64,000 bases of DNA from Candidatus Heimdallarchaeota archaeon (GCA_030603365.1 JAUVXV010000014.1:32001-96000); one strand, 5' to 3'; shown: positions 40,057-50,243, counted from the first letter of the stretch. The notes: a model not told the origin generated them from the sequence alone. Translations and numbers: made by a program.

Positions 40057-41694
40057 TCAATCTTGCTTCATAGTATTTCTTCCTATATTTCTGAGGAAAT
40101 GCTTAATTCGTTTATAAAAACTGATTGAACTTGTTTTAATATATTTGAAAAATTCTTTGAAATCAGTTTTTAGGGTTTTGTAGTTAGTCTTCTTGAAAAC
40201 TTCTTTGTAATAAGAACCAGGCAACAATGGAGAAAATAGCATTAACACTCCTAACAGTAATAGTGGGTGCAAGAATCGGATTTCAATCATTATTATCCAA
40301 TTAATGTAGTAAATAACAATAGTAAGAGAAAGCAATAAGAATACAACTAGAAGAAACCATAATGCTTGTTTAACTGCATTTATTTGAATAGTTTTTTTAT
40401 TTTCCACTTCTATAGTTTTCTTCTTTATTATCAAATTTTGCAAATAATCCACAAAATTGTTGATGAAAAGAATACAAGATATTATCAAAAAAGGATTAAG
40501 AAATGCGTCATAATATTTGTAGATCCCTCTTGAAATAAATGTGTGAACAATAAGAAATAGCCACGTTATGTAGTAAAAAAATATGCTATCATCTGATCCA
40601 AGCTTTTTTGCATTAAAATGTCCTACAAACAGTCCAAACCCATAAGTTAGAATAAATGGCAACATAGGGATATTTATCCACATGTAGAAATTAGCTAGAG
40701 CTTTAGAGCCAAAATAGAGGATGGTATTTGCAAAAGTTACACCATGTGAAAAACCTTCTGATCCAAGTGTTACATACCATAATGGTCTTCCAGCTGCAAA
40801 GATTCTACCTATATAGAGATGAGGAGTAATGAATATCCATGGAATTGAAAATACTAAGAAGGAAACTAGAAATGGTCTGAGAAATTTCTTAAAAGCTGTT
40901 TTAATATCATGCTTCTTCCAAATGATAGAAAACATTGGGATTAAGATAAACAAGGGAATCTGCTTGGTTAACCAAGCCACAGAAAGTGAGTATGCAGATA
41001 GTTTATATTTCTCTTTAACAAAGAACAGTAGACTTAGCAAAGTAAAGAAAACCATTTGAGGGATATTTAGATAATAAGCGTCAATATAAAGAAGATTTAT
41101 TGGCATGAAGATAAAAGCAAAAGCACCAATTAATCCTAGTAAATGTTTCTTTATTCTTTTTTCTTTTAAAGATGAGAAATTAATTATTAGCAGATATACC
41201 ATTACAGCTGAAAGAGCATCAAAATTCAAGGCAGTCCACTTAACAGCATTTTCTACTAATAGCTCTTGTGATAATCCTGGAAACGCTATATTTAGAAGTA
41301 AAAATGTGAAATATAGCCCATAGATGAACATAGGTCCATAAAGATAGTAATCCAATGGTCCGTCATATCTATTATAGGGATTCCACCAATCAACAAATTC
41401 ATTCAGATAAGTTGTGTAATAATAAGAAGCATCACTATAAATTTCTAAGTTCCAAACTACAGCTGTTTCGGATGAGTTGATCCATGTGTAATTAAATGGA
41501 GGAGTATCAAAAGGACTAACAGTTGCATGAATCCAAGATGCTATTTTTGTTTTAAAAACAAGGGCTAAAACAAACACTAAACACGAAAGAATGATTGCCA
41601 CAACGGAATCTATCTTAATCTTCTTCTTAATATCGATGTAAAAAAAGTTGATTACTTTACCCTCTTTCTCTCGTAATTCAGCCATTAAATTCAA
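40057..41694 (-). CDS. GT-C fold (GT87/PIG-M-like) membrane glycosyltransferase
   Basis: More than 11 TM; SD..YY, YLYGP, D, KQIP motifs. Confidence 0.6.
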   Translation of the reverse strand: MNLMAELREKEGKVINFFYIDIKKKIKIDSVVAIILSCLVFVLALVFKTKIASWIHATVSPFDTPPFNYTWINSSETAVVWNLEIYSDASYYYTTYLNEFVDWWNPYNRYDGPLDYYLYGPMFIYGLYFTFLLLNIAFPGLSQELLVENAVKWTALNFDALSAVMVYLLIINFSSLKEKRIKKHLLGLIGAFAFIFMPINLLYIDAYYLNIPQMVFFTLLSLLFFVKEKYKLSAYSLSVAWLTKQIPLFILIPMFSIIWKKHDIKTAFKKFLRPFLVSFLVFSIPWIFITPHLYIGRIFAAGRPLWYVTLGSEGFSHGVTFANTILYFGSKALANFYMWINIPMLPFILTYGFGLFVGHFNAKKLGSDDSIFFYYITWLFLIVHTFISRGIYKYYDAFLNPFLIISCILFINNFVDYLQNLIIKKKTIEVENKKTIQINAVKQALWFLLVVFLLLSLTIVIYYINWIIMIEIRFLHPLLLLGVLMLFSPLLPGSYYKEVFKKTNYKTLKTDFKEFFKYIKTSSISFYKRIKHFLRNIGRNTMKQD

Positions 41695-41756
41695 TATTAA
41701 TGGAAATTAAATCAGTTTTAAATATTGTTGAAGAAATGTAATTCTCATCTTTATTA

Positions 41757-42287
41757 TTACCCATGAAAATTTCTTTCTCCAGCTTTGATTTCTACTTTTA
41801 GGTTATTTTCAAAAGGTGTCAGAGGACAAGTCCATTTGTCACTATAAGCGCAGTAAGGATTGTATGCCAAATTAAAATCGAGAATAAATGAGTCTTTGGA
41901 TTGTTTCTCCAATTCTATATATCTACCAGCTCCGTAGGTTTCTTCTCCACTAGTTTGATCTTTAAAAGGAACGAAGAGATAATCTGAATTAGGTTGTTTA
42001 TAGACAGTTAAACTATTGGTTTTTCCCTCAACATCAAATTCCACATAACCAAAACGGATGTAATTTTGTATATTCCCTGTGGATGTTCTCATTTCTATTT
42101 CTTGTTGTTGTGAATATTCTTTTAACTCGACAGAGTAAAGATAGCTCTCATCTATGTCATAATAATCTAAAGCTTTGAAACTGGAAATTTGTTTTTCAGT
42201 CAGTGGTGAATAATGTTGATTTTTGAAGAAATCATTCTTCTGTTCTCGATGTTTTTCTACATCTTCTTTGTAATTCATGAGACTCAA
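41757..42287 (-). CDS. DUF1684 family protein
   Basis: PFKDQTSGEETYGAGRY, LDFNLAYNPYCAY...CP. Confidence 0.92.
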   Translation of the reverse strand: MSLMNYKEDVEKHREQKNDFFKNQHYSPLTEKQISSFKALDYYDIDESYLYSVELKEYSQQQEIEMRTSTGNIQNYIRFGYVEFDVEGKTNSLTVYKQPNSDYLFVPFKDQTSGEETYGAGRYIELEKQSKDSFILDFNLAYNPYCAYSDKWTCPLTPFENNLKVEIKAGERNFHG

Positions 42288-42374
42288 TATTTCATGGTTT
42301 TTTCAGTATTTATTTTATCGCTTTTTACTAAAATTGGACAGATACAAAATCTTATTAGAAAAATCAACTGATTT

Positions 42375-43271
42375 GTGCTCGGGATGACTGGACAGACAGC
42401 AAAACAGAACCCAGATGATACTATCAAAGAAGGGAACTTTCAATGGATATTAGATGAATTGCCTTTTGGAGTTTCTGTGCAAACATTAGATCGTAAGATT
42501 CTCTATGAAAATGAAGTCGTTAAAGAATTAGTCGGCTCCTACATTTATAGACATTGTTTCAATAGATGGCACTATCTTCCAGGACAAGGAGATCAACCTT
42601 GTAAAGATTGTCCTGCTATTATTGGATTTGAGGATGGTAAATCACACAGAATTTTTCGTAAAACTAAAGATATTGATGGAAATGATTTGTACATTGAGAT
42701 TCAATTCATACCCGTTTTCAATGAAAATAATGAAATAGATAAATTTATTGAGATAGTAAGAAATGTTACTTTACTGGATAAAGCAAAGGTATTAGCTGTT
42801 ACATCTCTTGAGGAGATTAGTAAATCAGTCCAGATATCAATTGTTAAGTTTGGTGAAACCGGTGGAGAGATTGTCTCAACTGACAAATTAGATTTTGCCA
42901 AGAATGAGAATCTTGAAGATATAATCATCCAATTGACTGTATACATCTTCAGTGGAGTTATCCAAGGTTTTGAAAATCAAGAAGGTCTTTTTGGTCCTTT
43001 TCCAGTTCTAGATAAAACTGATTATCTGATGGAAGCTTATTTATTTCGTATAAAGGATGAGGAAGCTAAAGATCCTAGACTCCAAGGTATGCAACCATGT
43101 ATGATATTGTTTTTCTTTCCAAGAGAATATTATTTCTTATTTGAAAAAAGGAATGAACTTGCAAATTTTGTATCTCACTACATAGATAAATGGGAAAAAC
43201 TTCAAAATGTAACTGAAGAAGTGCATAAACAATTTACTATAGACATTAGAGATTTTTTTGAAAATCAATAA
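42375..43271 (+). CDS. PAS-domain protein with uncharacterised C-terminal alpha/beta domain
   Basis: ILDELPFGV, C..C..CP, PV.NE...I...IEIVRNVT PAS/PAC signature. Confidence 0.7.
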   Translation: MLGMTGQTAKQNPDDTIKEGNFQWILDELPFGVSVQTLDRKILYENEVVKELVGSYIYRHCFNRWHYLPGQGDQPCKDCPAIIGFEDGKSHRIFRKTKDIDGNDLYIEIQFIPVFNENNEIDKFIEIVRNVTLLDKAKVLAVTSLEEISKSVQISIVKFGETGGEIVSTDKLDFAKNENLEDIIIQLTVYIFSGVIQGFENQEGLFGPFPVLDKTDYLMEAYLFRIKDEEAKDPRLQGMQPCMILFFFPREYYFLFEKRNELANFVSHYIDKWEKLQNVTEEVHKQFTIDIRDFFENQ

Positions 43272-43367
43272 TAATATCACAATAATTTTCCGTCATACTA
43301 CAAATTTTAAGCTTTCAAACTTAAATACAAAAAATAAGAATGATGAGAGAGACTAATCTTCCTCTCG

Positions 43368-43826
43368 TTAATATGATCTTCTGTTTCCGTAAGAACTTCG
43401 TTTTCTATCCCATTTTCGAGGAATATCATGCTCTTCTAAGGAGAGATTATTTTCGTTATTTATTTCGTCAATCTTTTCTTCTGAATCTTCTATGGTACCT
43501 TGTCTTCCTAAAGATAATCTAATATTTTTTTGGAATAGAATTGTTTTAGCTTGTAAGAATTGAAAAGTTTCATTTTCTTTGATTCTATCTATTTGTTCGT
43601 TCCATGCAGAAAAATATAAAACACCTGTGTCGTCTCCAACTAGAACATCCATTACTTTATGTTCTTCACCAGAATTTCTACTTGTTACGGTTCTTTCTTC
43701 TCCTAATTCTAGAACTTTTGCAACTACATTGATATCGCGGATATTTGGAGCGATTTCACTAACTTTCATAAATTTTATTTCTTCTTCACTCAATTTTTTC
43801 ACTTCAGTGATAGTTTTTGTTTGCAT
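43368..43826 (-). CDS. Single OB-fold ssDNA-binding protein (archaeal SSB/RPA-like)
   Basis: V.AKV, VGDDTG...SAWNE; R/S-rich C-terminal tail. Confidence 0.85.
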   Translation of the reverse strand: MQTKTITEVKKLSEEEIKFMKVSEIAPNIRDINVVAKVLELGEERTVTSRNSGEEHKVMDVLVGDDTGVLYFSAWNEQIDRIKENETFQFLQAKTILFQKNIRLSLGRQGTIEDSEEKIDEINNENNLSLEEHDIPRKWDRKRSSYGNRRSY

Positions 43827-44008
43827 TAAAATTGCTTTTAGTATTACAAGAGAGCTTTAAAGCTGAACTTGAAAATAGTTGAACATCAATTTCATATGCT
43901 AATCAAAGCCTATGATTTACCTATAAAAGTAATATGTTTTGTCAGAAAATATACTTCGAAAACCTTAACTGAAGGTAACAATTAAAAAGTAAATGATATT
44001 GTTAAACT

Positions 44009-44941
44009 ATGAAGTTTGGATATTATGTTAGAACTGAGCACATCTATCCTAAAATCAAAGAACTCACACAGAGAGTTGAAGGAATGGGTTTTGAATCAGT
44101 TCATGTGAATGATCATCTGATAGGATTTGATGAAAAACAAGAAAAAAAAGAGCCTTATCTAGAAGCTCTAATGCTCATGAGCGCTTTGGCTATTGAAACA
44201 AAAAAAATCAAACTAGGTCACATCGTTCTTTGTAACTCCTTCAGAAATCCAGCTTATTTAGCAAAAATGATTAGTACCCTTGATCATATATCAAATGGTA
44301 GAGCTCTCCTTTGGTTAGGTGCTGGTTGGTATGAAGAGGAGTATAAAGCATATGGTTATCCTTTTCCAGATGGAAAAAGACGGGTTGATGAATTAGAAGA
44401 ATCATTAACAATTTACAAGAAATTATTTACAGAAGAATCAACTGATTTTAAAGGAGAATTTTGGTCTTTAGAAAATAATAGAAATTATCCTAAACCAGTG
44501 CAAAAACCACATCCTCAAATTGTCTTAGGAACTACAGGTAAAAGGATGACAGAGATTGCATGCAGAGAAGCTGATGGTATCAATCTTCCTTACGTTAAGA
44601 TAGATGATTTACCTAAGAATATTACAACTATCAAAAAACACCTTTCTAAGTATAATAGGGATCCAGAAAATTTTGAAATTTCCTATTTCGGTATCATCAA
44701 TATTGTCAAAGATCAAGAAGAATTAGATAAATTAGTTCAAACAATTATCGAGAGAGCTCCTGAAGATAAGAAACCGTCTAAAGAAGAAATTCTACGCAAT
44801 CAACTAATAGGCTTTCCAGAAGATATAAAAGTGAAGATAAACACATTGGAAAACATAGGTATTGATAAGATGGTAATAATAGTTAGAGAATCTGAAACTA
44901 TCGAAGATCCCTTGAAATTATTAGTTGATAAAGTAATATAG
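44009..44941 (+). CDS. LLM-class (probably F420-dependent) oxidoreductase
   Basis: DHL, FRNPAYLAKM..TLD.IS.GR, GAGWYEEEY..YG, PKPVQKPHP. Confidence 0.88.
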   Translation: MKFGYYVRTEHIYPKIKELTQRVEGMGFESVHVNDHLIGFDEKQEKKEPYLEALMLMSALAIETKKIKLGHIVLCNSFRNPAYLAKMISTLDHISNGRALLWLGAGWYEEEYKAYGYPFPDGKRRVDELEESLTIYKKLFTEESTDFKGEFWSLENNRNYPKPVQKPHPQIVLGTTGKRMTEIACREADGINLPYVKIDDLPKNITTIKKHLSKYNRDPENFEISYFGIINIVKDQEELDKLVQTIIERAPEDKKPSKEEILRNQLIGFPEDIKVKINTLENIGIDKMVIIVRESETIEDPLKLLVDKVI

Positions 44942-45193
44942 GTGACAAATGTGTACTCAAGTATATTTCATCGATTTAGAAAAATCATAGTAGAAGTAGC
45001 AGATGTAAGAAGATATGTAGTTACAACAAATACTTATTTTGTAGACGATTTGCAGATGACCGAAGATAATTTGGTTGAATTAAGATTGAGAATTGTGAAC
45101 GAGTTTGATATTAGTGTTCCCAAAAATATTTTCAAAGAATTCACTACAGTCGGAGAAATTGTAGGTTTTATAGAATCAGAACTAGGAAGGTAA
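44942..45193 (+). CDS. Acyl-carrier-protein-like protein lacking the phosphopantetheine serine
   Basis: FVDDLQMTEDNLVEL..I..EFDI.VP....FTTVGEIV aligns with the ACP pattern FVEDLGADSLDTVEL..EEEF..EIP..ITTV; start may be GTG 44951 after AGGTGA. Confidence 0.75.
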   Translation: MTNVYSSIFHRFRKIIVEVADVRRYVVTTNTYFVDDLQMTEDNLVELRLRIVNEFDISVPKNIFKEFTTVGEIVGFIESELGR

Positions 45194-45233
45194 GTTCTTA
45201 AGAACTTCCTTTCAAGAACTGTAAATAAAGAAG

Positions 45234-46517
45234 TTAGAGGAGCTTTTCTCCCTCTTCTAAACTTAACATTGTAAAACCGCTAATCATTTTTGGATAGAAA
45301 TCTGTAGCTTTTTGTGGCATTCTTTCTCCATGTTTTGCAACTTTTAAGACTTGGTCAGCACTAGTCGGATTAAGAAAGAAAGCAACTTGGTATGTACCAT
45401 TATCAACTTCTTCTACAGCTTCGTTCCACCATCTTTCATAGAAGATATCATCATCAATATGCAAGTCACCTAATCCCATAATTCCATGGAAAATCATATC
45501 TCTAAGAATAACAACATCAAGACTTTTGAAATCGTCACTAACCTCACCAACATATCGATTAATAGAGGAAGGATCTTTCATAATAAGAGAAACAGCTCTA
45601 CCATCTTGATAAAGAACAAAAACATGCTTATCCCTGTTTTCTTCCAAGAATTTAGGAATGTCAGATTTGAGGATTTCATTCAAATCAAAGAATATCTTAA
45701 GTTCATTCATTTTCTCTTCTGAAACCTTAACTTTAGCTAAACAACGATGAGTAGCTAAAATGACTAAACCTTCATCTTCAACAGGAACCAAATAAGTCAT
45801 ACGAAATTCTGTAGCATTATCTTCCTTTAAGGGGTCTGCTGTTTCTCGACGCATATTTCTATAGGTAACTGCTGTTTCATAACGGTGGTGCCCATCAGCT
45901 ATTACTAGTTGCTGATCTTTGAATACTTCTTGAACAATCTTGATATGAACGGAATCAGATAACTTCCAGATGCGGTTAATAACACCTAAATCATCTTTAG
46001 CATTAATCAAAGGAGGTTGCTTGGATATTTCATCAAATAGATTTATTGTTTTCTTATCTGGATCTGAATAGAGAATAAATCCTGTTTCAAGTGTATGTCT
46101 CGTAGTTTTCAACATATTCAATCTATCAATTTTTGGACCTTTGTGGGTCTTCTCATGTGGTAAAACTATTTTTTCTTCGAATGGATGTAAACGCAAAGCA
46201 CCAATGAAACCTTTTCGGACATATTTTTTTCCAAATAATTCAAACTCTTGATAGTAGATGTAGATCCCAGGAACATCATCTTTCACAAGAATTTCTTCTA
46301 ACAGCCATCTCTCTAAACGCTGTCTAGCTATTTCATAACGATTTTCTTCACTTGGTAAAGTTAATCTGCAATAATTGTAATCTGATTGATTATAATATTG
46401 TATTTGCATTTCTGCATCGATTTTATCATAGGGTTGAACAATTAATTTTTCAATATCCCCAGCTTTTTCTGTATATCTAATAGCCTTGAATGGTCTGATA
46501 TCTACCATTGTAATCAA
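45234..46517 (-). CDS. DUF1015 family protein
   Basis: IRPFKA.RY, PYD, PHEKT, IADGHHRYETA, MPQKATDFYPK. Confidence 0.92.
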   Translation of the reverse strand: MITMVDIRPFKAIRYTEKAGDIEKLIVQPYDKIDAEMQIQYYNQSDYNYCRLTLPSEENRYEIARQRLERWLLEEILVKDDVPGIYIYYQEFELFGKKYVRKGFIGALRLHPFEEKIVLPHEKTHKGPKIDRLNMLKTTRHTLETGFILYSDPDKKTINLFDEISKQPPLINAKDDLGVINRIWKLSDSVHIKIVQEVFKDQQLVIADGHHRYETAVTYRNMRRETADPLKEDNATEFRMTYLVPVEDEGLVILATHRCLAKVKVSEEKMNELKIFFDLNEILKSDIPKFLEENRDKHVFVLYQDGRAVSLIMKDPSSINRYVGEVSDDFKSLDVVILRDMIFHGIMGLGDLHIDDDIFYERWWNEAVEEVDNGTYQVAFFLNPTSADQVLKVAKHGERMPQKATDFYPKMISGFTMLSLEEGEKLL

Positions 46518-46728
46518 ACTAGCTCATCAAGAACTCTATTTTAATTTTTTCATTAGAATATAAATTATTTCGAGTTTTTTCGAGTTTTGTCTGATGAGAA
46601 GAACTTAATTTAATTTAAAAATAATGATATACCATTTCAATAGGATATATCGTCTTTAAGATATATCTTTAACAATGTTTATTAAAACCCATATCTGATG
46701 TTTACAAAAGAAGAAGGTGACATAAAAC

Positions 46729-48180
46729 ATGCCAAAAACAAAGCCTAAACACTGTGAAAAGGTAATGCATCGTCTCTACATAAGAAAAGGTACTGAGAAA
46801 AGAAAGTGGATAGCAGTTGGCTATTATTGTGATGAATGTTCAATTATGATGAAGGAATATGACTTAACAAAATTAGGGGGAATACAAGAAATAACAATTG
46901 ATGCTTCTAAATTAGTAGAAAAGGTTACGAATCCAAAGAAAGTTGTCCTAGATCCAGGTTTTTCATTAACCAAAGTTGGTTTTACAGGAGAAAAAGAACC
47001 TAGATATATTTTTGATTCTGCAGTTTATTTCTCAGATACAGGAGAATCTTTCATTCAATTTGCAGATAAAGTTGAAACAAAAACTGAAGTTAAGATGAAA
47101 AAACCAATTTTTCGTAAAACAGAGCAAGGTGAAACCTTAGATAAAGATATCTTTAAGCTATTTCTCAAACATATTTTCGACAAACTTAAAGTGAAGTCTT
47201 CAGAAACAGCTTTTTGGGTTATTGAGAAATATCAGAAAAGAAATTTTGCAGACTTCTTAAAAGGCAGATTAGATGTAATCAATAATAGTACTTTACCAGA
47301 AGAAGCTAAAGACGTTCTCAGAAAGGAAGGAATGGTTGAGTATGTCAATGGATTTGAATCCTCATTCTCTATTCGACGAGCTATTGCTGAAGTATTCTTT
47401 AATGGTTTTAACATTCCTAAAGTTTATTTCTCACTCGGAGAACTCCTCTCACTCTATGCTGATGATCAAGTAACGGGTGTTGTTATAGGGATAGGTTCAA
47501 ACTCGACCCGAATCACTCCCATCTATGAAGGATATATTATATCTCATGGATTAAGCATACGCGAGAAAGGGGGATTGGATGTTGTCAAACAGCTGGAAAA
47601 ACACATCCAAAAAGAGGGCATAGATATACCCAAATCATATCATGCAAACTATCAAATTCTAAAAAACACTCGATTAGCATCTGAAGAATTGTGCTTTGTT
47701 TCACAGAATGTCAAAGATGAGAATAAGAAATGGAAACAATCTGATAAACTTATGAGATCTATCAATATTATCAATGATAAACACATTAGACTAAATGAAA
47801 TCAGATATAAGTCAACTGAAATACTATTTGAAGAAGAACCTTTGAGTATTCTAAATAATCCTGGGGATTTAGCTGATGCAGTCATTGAATCTATTCAAAA
47901 ATGTGACAAAGGATTGGTTAAAAGTCTATATGCTAATATTCTGCTAGTTGGAGGAGGTACAATGTACGAAGGATTTAAAGAAAGATTCACTCAGTCTTTC
48001 AAATCGAAAGTTTCAGATCAACTAAATTTCAACATCACTGCAAAATCTGATAGACTTATATCAGCATGGATAGGGGGGTCAATACTCTCTGGAATGAAAA
48101 TTTTCGAGGAACGTAATTTCTGGGTATCTAAAAATGAATATGATGAGAAGGGTTCATCAGCTGTAGATCAATGTATCTGA
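46729..48180 (+). CDS. Divergent actin-related protein with N-terminal Zn-ribbon-like extension
   Basis: VVLDPG...KVGF.GE..PR.IF.S; LSLYA...TG; PIYEGY; SIQKCD...LYANILLVGGGTM; SAWIGGSIL; WVSKNEYDEKG. Confidence 0.92.
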   Translation: MPKTKPKHCEKVMHRLYIRKGTEKRKWIAVGYYCDECSIMMKEYDLTKLGGIQEITIDASKLVEKVTNPKKVVLDPGFSLTKVGFTGEKEPRYIFDSAVYFSDTGESFIQFADKVETKTEVKMKKPIFRKTEQGETLDKDIFKLFLKHIFDKLKVKSSETAFWVIEKYQKRNFADFLKGRLDVINNSTLPEEAKDVLRKEGMVEYVNGFESSFSIRRAIAEVFFNGFNIPKVYFSLGELLSLYADDQVTGVVIGIGSNSTRITPIYEGYIISHGLSIREKGGLDVVKQLEKHIQKEGIDIPKSYHANYQILKNTRLASEELCFVSQNVKDENKKWKQSDKLMRSINIINDKHIRLNEIRYKSTEILFEEEPLSILNNPGDLADAVIESIQKCDKGLVKSLYANILLVGGGTMYEGFKERFTQSFKSKVSDQLNFNITAKSDRLISAWIGGSILSGMKIFEERNFWVSKNEYDEKGSSAVDQCI

Positions 48181-48188
48181 TGATGAGA

Positions 48189-49259
48189 TTATTTTAAATC
48201 CCATATCTCTTTTGTTTTTCTTTCTAAATCTTCTAAACCTTCAAATGAAGGCTTCTTCTTTCCTTCCTCAATTTCATGAACAGTATCCAGAAGATATTTG
48301 TTTAGAGGAGTAGCTATACCTAATTTTTCTCCTTCTTGAACCAAATAACCATTAAGATAATCAATTTCTGATTTTCTTCCCCATTCAATTGACTGAAGAC
48401 TTGATGATTTTAGATTCTTATATTTCCTGCCAATAATTTTGATTATAGTCTGCTTAAAGAAATATCTAAATGAAAAACCGTGAAGCTCTTTTTTCTTAAT
48501 TACTAAGGAATAAAAACTCAGATTGTTAAGTTTCTGTATCTCCAGATTTTTAGCATTAGCTACTTGTATTCCCTCTGTAATTATGGTTAAGAAAGCAATT
48601 CGAGTAGTCCTTCTTTTAAGCATCTCCCCCAATGTCATACCACTAATAACTCCAAAAGAAGCAATAGATAAGTTAATCAAAAGTTTGGAGAATTTGTCGT
48701 TTAAAATATTGTTTGACCATTTTGTTGGGACAGTAAAGGACAATTTCTCAATAATATTGTCATCAATCTTTTGTTTTTCTCCAGTCATTCGCCCATAAAC
48801 CATTTCACCTAATGAGGTTTTATTAGATTCAGCAGGACCTGTCTTCGATGCTCCAAAACTAACAACACAGCCAACAAGATTCTTTGCATTCAACCTTTCA
48901 CTTAGTTTCTCTTCCATCATCCCATTTGTCATTGTAACAAGAGTGTAATCATTACTTAGTTTTGGTTTAATTCTCTCTATTGCATCTTCTAAATGGTTAA
49001 GTTTTGTTACCATGAAAACTAAATCTAAATCATCAGGTAAATCTTCAATTTGTAAAACAGGTGTAAGATTTTCTTTTACTAGATATTCTCCACTAATCCC
49101 TGTTACTTTCAAACCACGGGAGTTTACAAGATCCAGTACTTCTTGATGTTTACATACTACATATAATGGAAAATCATTCTTTGCTAAATCTGCAGCTATT
49201 ACTGTGCCTATTGCTCCCAATCCTACTAAAGCCGTTTTCATTGAAAACCAAATCATCAA
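48189..49259 (-). CDS. panE: 2-dehydropantoate 2-reductase family
   Basis: GLGAIG, TK, NG, KLLIN, SSLQS, EIDYLNG, TPLN. Confidence 0.82.
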   Translation of the reverse strand: MMIWFSMKTALVGLGAIGTVIAADLAKNDFPLYVVCKHQEVLDLVNSRGLKVTGISGEYLVKENLTPVLQIEDLPDDLDLVFMVTKLNHLEDAIERIKPKLSNDYTLVTMTNGMMEEKLSERLNAKNLVGCVVSFGASKTGPAESNKTSLGEMVYGRMTGEKQKIDDNIIEKLSFTVPTKWSNNILNDKFSKLLINLSIASFGVISGMTLGEMLKRRTTRIAFLTIITEGIQVANAKNLEIQKLNNLSFYSLVIKKKELHGFSFRYFFKQTIIKIIGRKYKNLKSSSLQSIEWGRKSEIDYLNGYLVQEGEKLGIATPLNKYLLDTVHEIEEGKKKPSFEGLEDLERKTKEIWDLK

Positions 49260-49310
49260 GTAGATATTAAAACTTTCCTTGACAAATAAAAAGAAAATAG
49301 AAAAAGAACT

Positions 49311-50243
49311 TTACAGTTCTTTCAAAGCTTCGATAACACGCTCAGCTGCTTGAACACTAGCTCTCATGTTTCCTTCTTTGGTTTGAGCACCAATATGAGG
49401 ACTGATTATGACATTTTCATGCTTTAATAGAGGATTATCTGCATCTGGAGGTTCTTTCTCAAATACATCAGTGCAGTAATAACCTAGTTGTCCTGAATCA
49501 AGAGCTTCGACAGCTTCTAATTCATTTACAATTCCTCCACGTGCACAATTGACTAAAACAGTACCAGGTTTCAATAACTTGAATTGGTCTTTTCCAATCA
49601 TATTCTTTGTTTCGTCAGTTAGCGGAAGATGTAAGCTTATATAATCAGCATTTTGGAGAATTTCTTCCATTGATCCTTTCATATCGATTACTGGATTTTC
49701 AGGAGCAAATTTATCATATCCTATTGCATTCATTCCTAGTGCTTTGCACTTTACAGCAAGGCTTGTTCCTATTCGACCTGTACCTATCAATCCAAGAGTT
49801 TTTCCATCAATTTCTCTTGAGAATAATTCTTTCTTCATTGATTTGAAGGATTCTGGATGAGCTTTAATCTCGCAAGTACCTTTAACAACATCCCTTGTAG
49901 AAGATAAAATCATTGTGAGAGCTAATTCAGCTACAGAATTTGTTGTTGCAGCTGGTGTATTTACTACTTTTATTCCTCTCTGCATTGTTGTTTCAAGATC
50001 AATATTGTCTAAACCTACTCCTGCTCTTCCAATTACTTTAAGATTTACTGCTTTTTCCAGAAGTATGCCACGCATTTTAGTTGCTCCACGTACAATTACT
50101 GCATCATACTCATGAATAATTTTGGGGAGCTCGTCTTTAGGAAGATCCCAAGCAACATTTACTTCAAATCCTGCATTTTCTAGAATTTTTACCGCTTTTT
50201 CATTTAATTTATCTGTTAGAATTACTTTTAGCATTTTATTCAC
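49311..50243 (-). CDS. serA: D-3-phosphoglycerate/D-2-hydroxyacid dehydrogenase (no ACT domain)
   Basis: RAGVGLDNID, GTGRIG, ARGG, DVFEKEP, PHIGAQT. Confidence 0.8.
   Translation of the reverse strand: MNKMLKVILTDKLNEKAVKILENAGFEVNVAWDLPKDELPKIIHEYDAVIVRGATKMRGILLEKAVNLKVIGRAGVGLDNIDLETTMQRGIKVVNTPAATTNSVAELALTMILSSTRDVVKGTCEIKAHPESFKSMKKELFSREIDGKTLGLIGTGRIGTSLAVKCKALGMNAIGYDKFAPENPVIDMKGSMEEILQNADYISLHLPLTDETKNMIGKDQFKLLKPGTVLVNCARGGIVNELEAVEALDSGQLGYYCTDVFEKEPPDADNPLLKHENVIISPHIGAQTKEGNMRASVQAAERVIEALKEL

Noticed and set aside
43934-43964. Possible third copy of the opp operator (ATGTTTTG-N15-CGAAAACC)
   Set aside because: The right arm matches only 4/8 and is better explained as a BRE element.
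44939-44944. Pyrrolysine or amber read-through fusing the LLM gene to the ACP-like gene (also at 50241-50246)
   Set aside because: The TAG-GTG junctions are explained by the AGGTGA Shine-Dalgarno overlapping the stop codon; a similar TAGGTG occurs at the end of oppB; no pyl genes are seen.
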